A stretch of 64,000 nucleotides of DNA from a virus (lineage: Duplodnaviria > Caudoviricetes), in IMG/VR virus record IMGVR_UViG_3300032782_000002. One strand, 5' to 3'. Positions 60,462-64,000 of this stretch are shown here, in pieces. The first letter of the stretch is position 1. Each line of letters opens with the position of its first letter. Under the pieces are notes generated by a model. It searched no databases. It was given only the letters and a program-made list of their open reading frames with translations, and was not told where the DNA came from. The position numbers and the translations under genes were made by a program.

Positions 60462-61814
60462 ATGACGCGCATCTTTCTGGGCGGCGGTAACGGCTTCGTC
60501 GAGATCCCGGAAACGGTCTCGCCTGTCGTCCCGAACCCGACGTGGGCTCAGGCCGACTGGTATGTCGATCCGGTTCACGGCGACGACGACGCGGATGGTC
60601 TGACGACCGGTACGGCGGTCCGCACCATCATGGGCGGGATCGTGGCCAAGTGGGGCACGACGTCTCCGGTGCTGCAGCAGACGACCACGATCCACTTGAT
60701 GGCGACGCAGACGCTCGGCCAGGAGTTCGTGGTTCTGCAGCCGACGCGGGTGAAGGGCACCGCGTTCATCATCGACGGCACGCCCGGACTGCGCCCCATC
60801 GCCACGTTCAACCTCGGCGTGATCACGCCGAAGTCGCGCGTCGGGGCGGGCTCGCCGCTCAAGTCCACCGGGTTCACCGCACCGGGTCTCGATGTCGGAC
60901 AGCTCGTGGTCAACGACATCACGGGTACCCACTCGTTCATTCAGGCGCTCGCAGGTGGCACGGCGACGCTCGCCCAGCCGCTGGAGTATCAGACGCCGCA
61001 GTACACCCCGCAGCCGACCGAGGACGATACGTGGACGGCAGGGCAGCAGGTGACGGTCTACGAAGTGCCGCTACTCAACCTGGAGGTCCTGGCGCCGGCC
61101 GGTGGCGACTCGACGGACTACACGACCAACGGCATGACGTGGGTGAACGCGATCCACATCCCGGACAACGGGGGTACCCCGGGCAACAGCTTCTTCGCGG
61201 TGCAGCTCACCAACCAGATCGTCAACTTTCAGGACTGCGTGTTCGATCCGTTCATGACCTCGCAGGGCGGCGTGTTTACGCACCATTCGGGGCACTTCTC
61301 CAACTGCGCTTTCAACAGCGGCGGCGAAGTCTCGAACGTGTCCGTGAACGGCGGGTACAGCAACCAGTACCCGCTGACGCTCGATGAGTGGGCCGTCGCA
61401 GACCTCGACCACATCGCCAGCGCCGGCTTCAATCCAGGCGGAGCGTTCTGCTTCGTCGGGTACCTCTACGTGCCCGGCACAGCGCCGACGATCTTCTGCT
61501 ACCCCGGCACGAACCTCATCATCGACGACGATCTCAACGGAACGCCCGGGGCGTGCCTGTACGGTGGGGCGGCCCTCACTGTCGGCGCGAACGCGGCCGT
61601 CTTGCAGCGCTCCGGAGGCACCTGGGCGAATCGGTTGCAGCTGACCGGCACGCTCAGCCTCATGGACTCGGCGGGCCCGGTGACGACAGGATCGAGCTAC
61701 GCGGCCGGAGCCTTCACCGACGGTGTCGCGATCAACACGACGAACCTGGACGCACACGGCGGTCTGCAGAATCCGGTCACGGGGGCCAGGTTCGCCATCG
61801 CTATAGGGCCATAG
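60462..61814 (+). CDS. Fibre/spike protein paralog B
   Basis: WYVDPVHGDDDADGLT motif; ATG at 60462 with a GAGG RBS. Confidence 0.7.
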   Translation: MTRIFLGGGNGFVEIPETVSPVVPNPTWAQADWYVDPVHGDDDADGLTTGTAVRTIMGGIVAKWGTTSPVLQQTTTIHLMATQTLGQEFVVLQPTRVKGTAFIIDGTPGLRPIATFNLGVITPKSRVGAGSPLKSTGFTAPGLDVGQLVVNDITGTHSFIQALAGGTATLAQPLEYQTPQYTPQPTEDDTWTAGQQVTVYEVPLLNLEVLAPAGGDSTDYTTNGMTWVNAIHIPDNGGTPGNSFFAVQLTNQIVNFQDCVFDPFMTSQGGVFTHHSGHFSNCAFNSGGEVSNVSVNGGYSNQYPLTLDEWAVADLDHIASAGFNPGGAFCFVGYLYVPGTAPTIFCYPGTNLIIDDDLNGTPGACLYGGAALTVGANAAVLQRSGGTWANRLQLTGTLSLMDSAGPVTTGSSYAAGAFTDGVAINTTNLDAHGGLQNPVTGARFAIAIGP

Positions 61815-61817
61815 CAC

Positions 61818-63851
61818 ATGACCAAGCGAAGCATTCAGATTGGTGGCGGCCGAGGACCGATCGCGCTCGATGCGGACGACATCAACTACGAACCCGAGAC
61901 GCCTGGCGATTGGCCGTCGCCGCCACCCGAAGACGTCGGGCAGGCCCTCGATCAGTTGGCGGCCAAAAGCGGCGATTCGGCGTTCATCAGCATCAAGGAG
62001 TTCGGCGCAGCCGGGAACGGTACGCACGACGATGCTCCGGAGTTTCTGACGGCGGAAACGTACGTCGCTCCTCGCGGCATCACGTTGTGGCTGCCGGGAG
62101 GCAACACGTTCCTTCTGCGAACGAAGTGGGTGACGCCCAACAACACGCAGATGCGGGGTTCACCCACCGCCGTCGTCAACCAGCAGTACACGGCAGGCGC
62201 TGGTGCCGCGTGGAGCAATTCATTCATCTATCAGACGGCTGCCCAGACGACGCTTGGTTCGCTTCACTCGACACCATCGCTTGGCGACGTGTCGCTGGAC
62301 ATCGACGTGCCGGCAGCTCCCGTCGTCGGTCAGCCGATCTTCGTGGAGAACGGACCCGGTCTTCTCACCGCGGCCACGTACAGAATCACGTCGGTCACGC
62401 ACGTATCGGGCACGCACTACACGGTCGGGATCTCTCGGCCCGTCGTGTTCCCATTCGTCGCCACCGGTTCTGGCGTGGCGCTTTGCGCGTCGGCGCCGAG
62501 CAACATCCTGAACGATGGACAGCAGATGACTGTGTCGGGCACCGGCGACGCGGTGTGGGAACTCTTCGCGGCTATGGGCTGCGAGATCCGTGGTCTGAAC
62601 TACGACGAGCGATTCGGTGATGTCACAGGTCTTGGTGGATCGGTCGGCAACCTTGACGCAGGCGGTTACTCCAACCTCGCCAGCGACAGCAAGGCAGTCG
62701 TGGGAGGCGCGACCGAGTCGGGCTGGCAGATGCAGAGCCAGGAGCGCTCTGTCTTTCGCCGACTGGAGTGTAGCTGGCTCGGTACTGGGCCGAGCTTCAA
62801 CGGGATCGCGATCTACGACTCCTACAACAGCACGGCCGAGGACTGCTGGGTCTACGGAACCACGTCCGTCAACGCCGCAGCCATCGGCTTCAACCTGGGC
62901 ACCTTCGGTCCAGGCAACTGCGGCAACATCTCGTGCAGCATTCGAGGCGGCGGCGTCATCGACATGGGCGTCGGCGTCTTCGTCGGCCAGTCGGTGGACA
63001 CCGGCATCAGCGACTTCGTCGCTCAGAAGTGCAACATCGGCATCGAAGTCTTCACTGGCGCCTCAGGCACGGTGATCCGTAACGCGAACGTGTCGTACAA
63101 CAACGACGGGCTGTACCTGTCGGGCTCCACCGACACGGAGGTCTACGGCCTCGACATCAGTCACTGCACCGGATACGGCCTCTACGCTGGCGCTCCGGTG
63201 CGCGCGTACGGTGTCAAGGGCGACTTCGCCTCGACGGACACGGCCTTCTGCATCCATCAGCCTGCGGCCGGCACCGCGATGCTTCTATCTGGTGCGCGCC
63301 TCAACTCCGCCGTCGTGAGCGGCATCGGCGTCAACGTGAGCGGATCCGGCTGCACGATCGAAGACTCGACATTCACGATGACGGGCGGAGGCGCGAGCTG
63401 CGCGGTCACCGTCAACGCTGGCGATGTGTACCTGAGCGGCGTCAAGAGCGTCAGCTCGGTGTACGGCGTCATCGGCTACGGCGGAACGGTTCACATCGGG
63501 CCTGGATGTGACTTCAGCGGCGGCGCCAACGCTCTGTTCTTCGGCGGATCCGCGTTTGTGATGGAGCAGACTGGCGGCGTCGCGGCCATTCCCGGGACGG
63601 CCAGCCCTGTCGCGCTGACATTCCTCCAGCACTACAACATGAGCATCGAGCTTGCCGCTGGCGCCACGGGCGACACCACGGTGACGACGTACCCGATCCC
63701 GGGCCTGACGTTCGTCGCACGCAACCTGAGTGCGCACAACCTCGTCGTGAAGACGTCGAGCGTAGCTACGGTCACGGTCGCGGCGGGAAAGTCGGCCGAG
63801 ATCCAGGTGGACGAAGCCGGCGACATGGTCCGCGTGACGGTGGACCAGTGA
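61818..63851 (+). CDS. Right-handed beta-helix spike/depolymerase (pectate-lyase-like)
   Basis: SIKEFGAAGNGTHDDA N-terminal motif, LWLPGG, repeated beta-helix rungs. Confidence 0.78.
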   Translation: MTKRSIQIGGGRGPIALDADDINYEPETPGDWPSPPPEDVGQALDQLAAKSGDSAFISIKEFGAAGNGTHDDAPEFLTAETYVAPRGITLWLPGGNTFLLRTKWVTPNNTQMRGSPTAVVNQQYTAGAGAAWSNSFIYQTAAQTTLGSLHSTPSLGDVSLDIDVPAAPVVGQPIFVENGPGLLTAATYRITSVTHVSGTHYTVGISRPVVFPFVATGSGVALCASAPSNILNDGQQMTVSGTGDAVWELFAAMGCEIRGLNYDERFGDVTGLGGSVGNLDAGGYSNLASDSKAVVGGATESGWQMQSQERSVFRRLECSWLGTGPSFNGIAIYDSYNSTAEDCWVYGTTSVNAAAIGFNLGTFGPGNCGNISCSIRGGGVIDMGVGVFVGQSVDTGISDFVAQKCNIGIEVFTGASGTVIRNANVSYNNDGLYLSGSTDTEVYGLDISHCTGYGLYAGAPVRAYGVKGDFASTDTAFCIHQPAAGTAMLLSGARLNSAVVSGIGVNVSGSGCTIEDSTFTMTGGGASCAVTVNAGDVYLSGVKSVSSVYGVIGYGGTVHIGPGCDFSGGANALFFGGSAFVMEQTGGVAAIPGTASPVALTFLQHYNMSIELAAGATGDTTVTTYPIPGLTFVARNLSAHNLVVKTSSVATVTVAAGKSAEIQVDEAGDMVRVTVDQ

Positions 63852-64000
63852 AGGCGATTCTCGACCTCTAGCCCCCCGGCCCTACGCTCCGGCCCGCTCC
63901 GGGGCGCTCGGGGGCTCCGGCTCGGGCTCTGGGGCGCGCTCGGGGGCCCGGTTCGGGGCCGGCTCCCGGCGCGGGGCCTGTGGGCGGGGTGGGTTGTGCG

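Noticed and set aside
63882-64000. GC-rich CGGGG repeats at the window end as a terminal repeat
   Set aside because: Reads on the minus strand as a Pro/Glu-rich C-terminus (ERAPEPEPEPPSAPERAGA-stop) of a gene cut by the window edge.

Overview
GC-rich (roughly 70%) window that reads as a lytic virus or virus-like element. The lipoproteins with Asp-Ala-Gly-rich linkers point to a myxobacterial host; that is an inference. Bases 1-31.1 kb are a minus-strand run of short, tightly overlapping phage-type genes. They include an intein-containing SNF2 helicase, a SET-domain protein, a J-domain protein, an ArdA-like protein, a MoxR AAA+/vWA module and a tRNA-like RNA. A largely non-coding divergent region at 31.1-32.3 kb carries a palindrome and a GATC cluster. 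Bases 32.3-42 kb hold cell-wall enzymes, a thaumatin-like lipoprotein, a macrodomain and two capsid-like paralogs. The standout locus, at 42-52.4 kb, is a hybrid CRISPR-Cas system. It has type II-like cas1-cas2, a ~31-repeat array of 36-nt hairpin repeats and type I-C cas5c-cas8c(+internal cas11)-cas7. There is no cas3, cas9, cas4 or cas6; instead a non-Cas3 SF2 helicase without an HD domain is followed by a coupled methyltransferase-fold-like ORF. The adaptation and interference halves are preceded by near-identical promoters, and one spacer encodes the same peptide as the element's own transglycosylase, suggesting it targets related viruses. The right end has RHGN-motif proteins, a GIY-YIG/HNH endonuclease and four fibre/spike genes. 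All family calls come from manual motif recognition; no searches were run.
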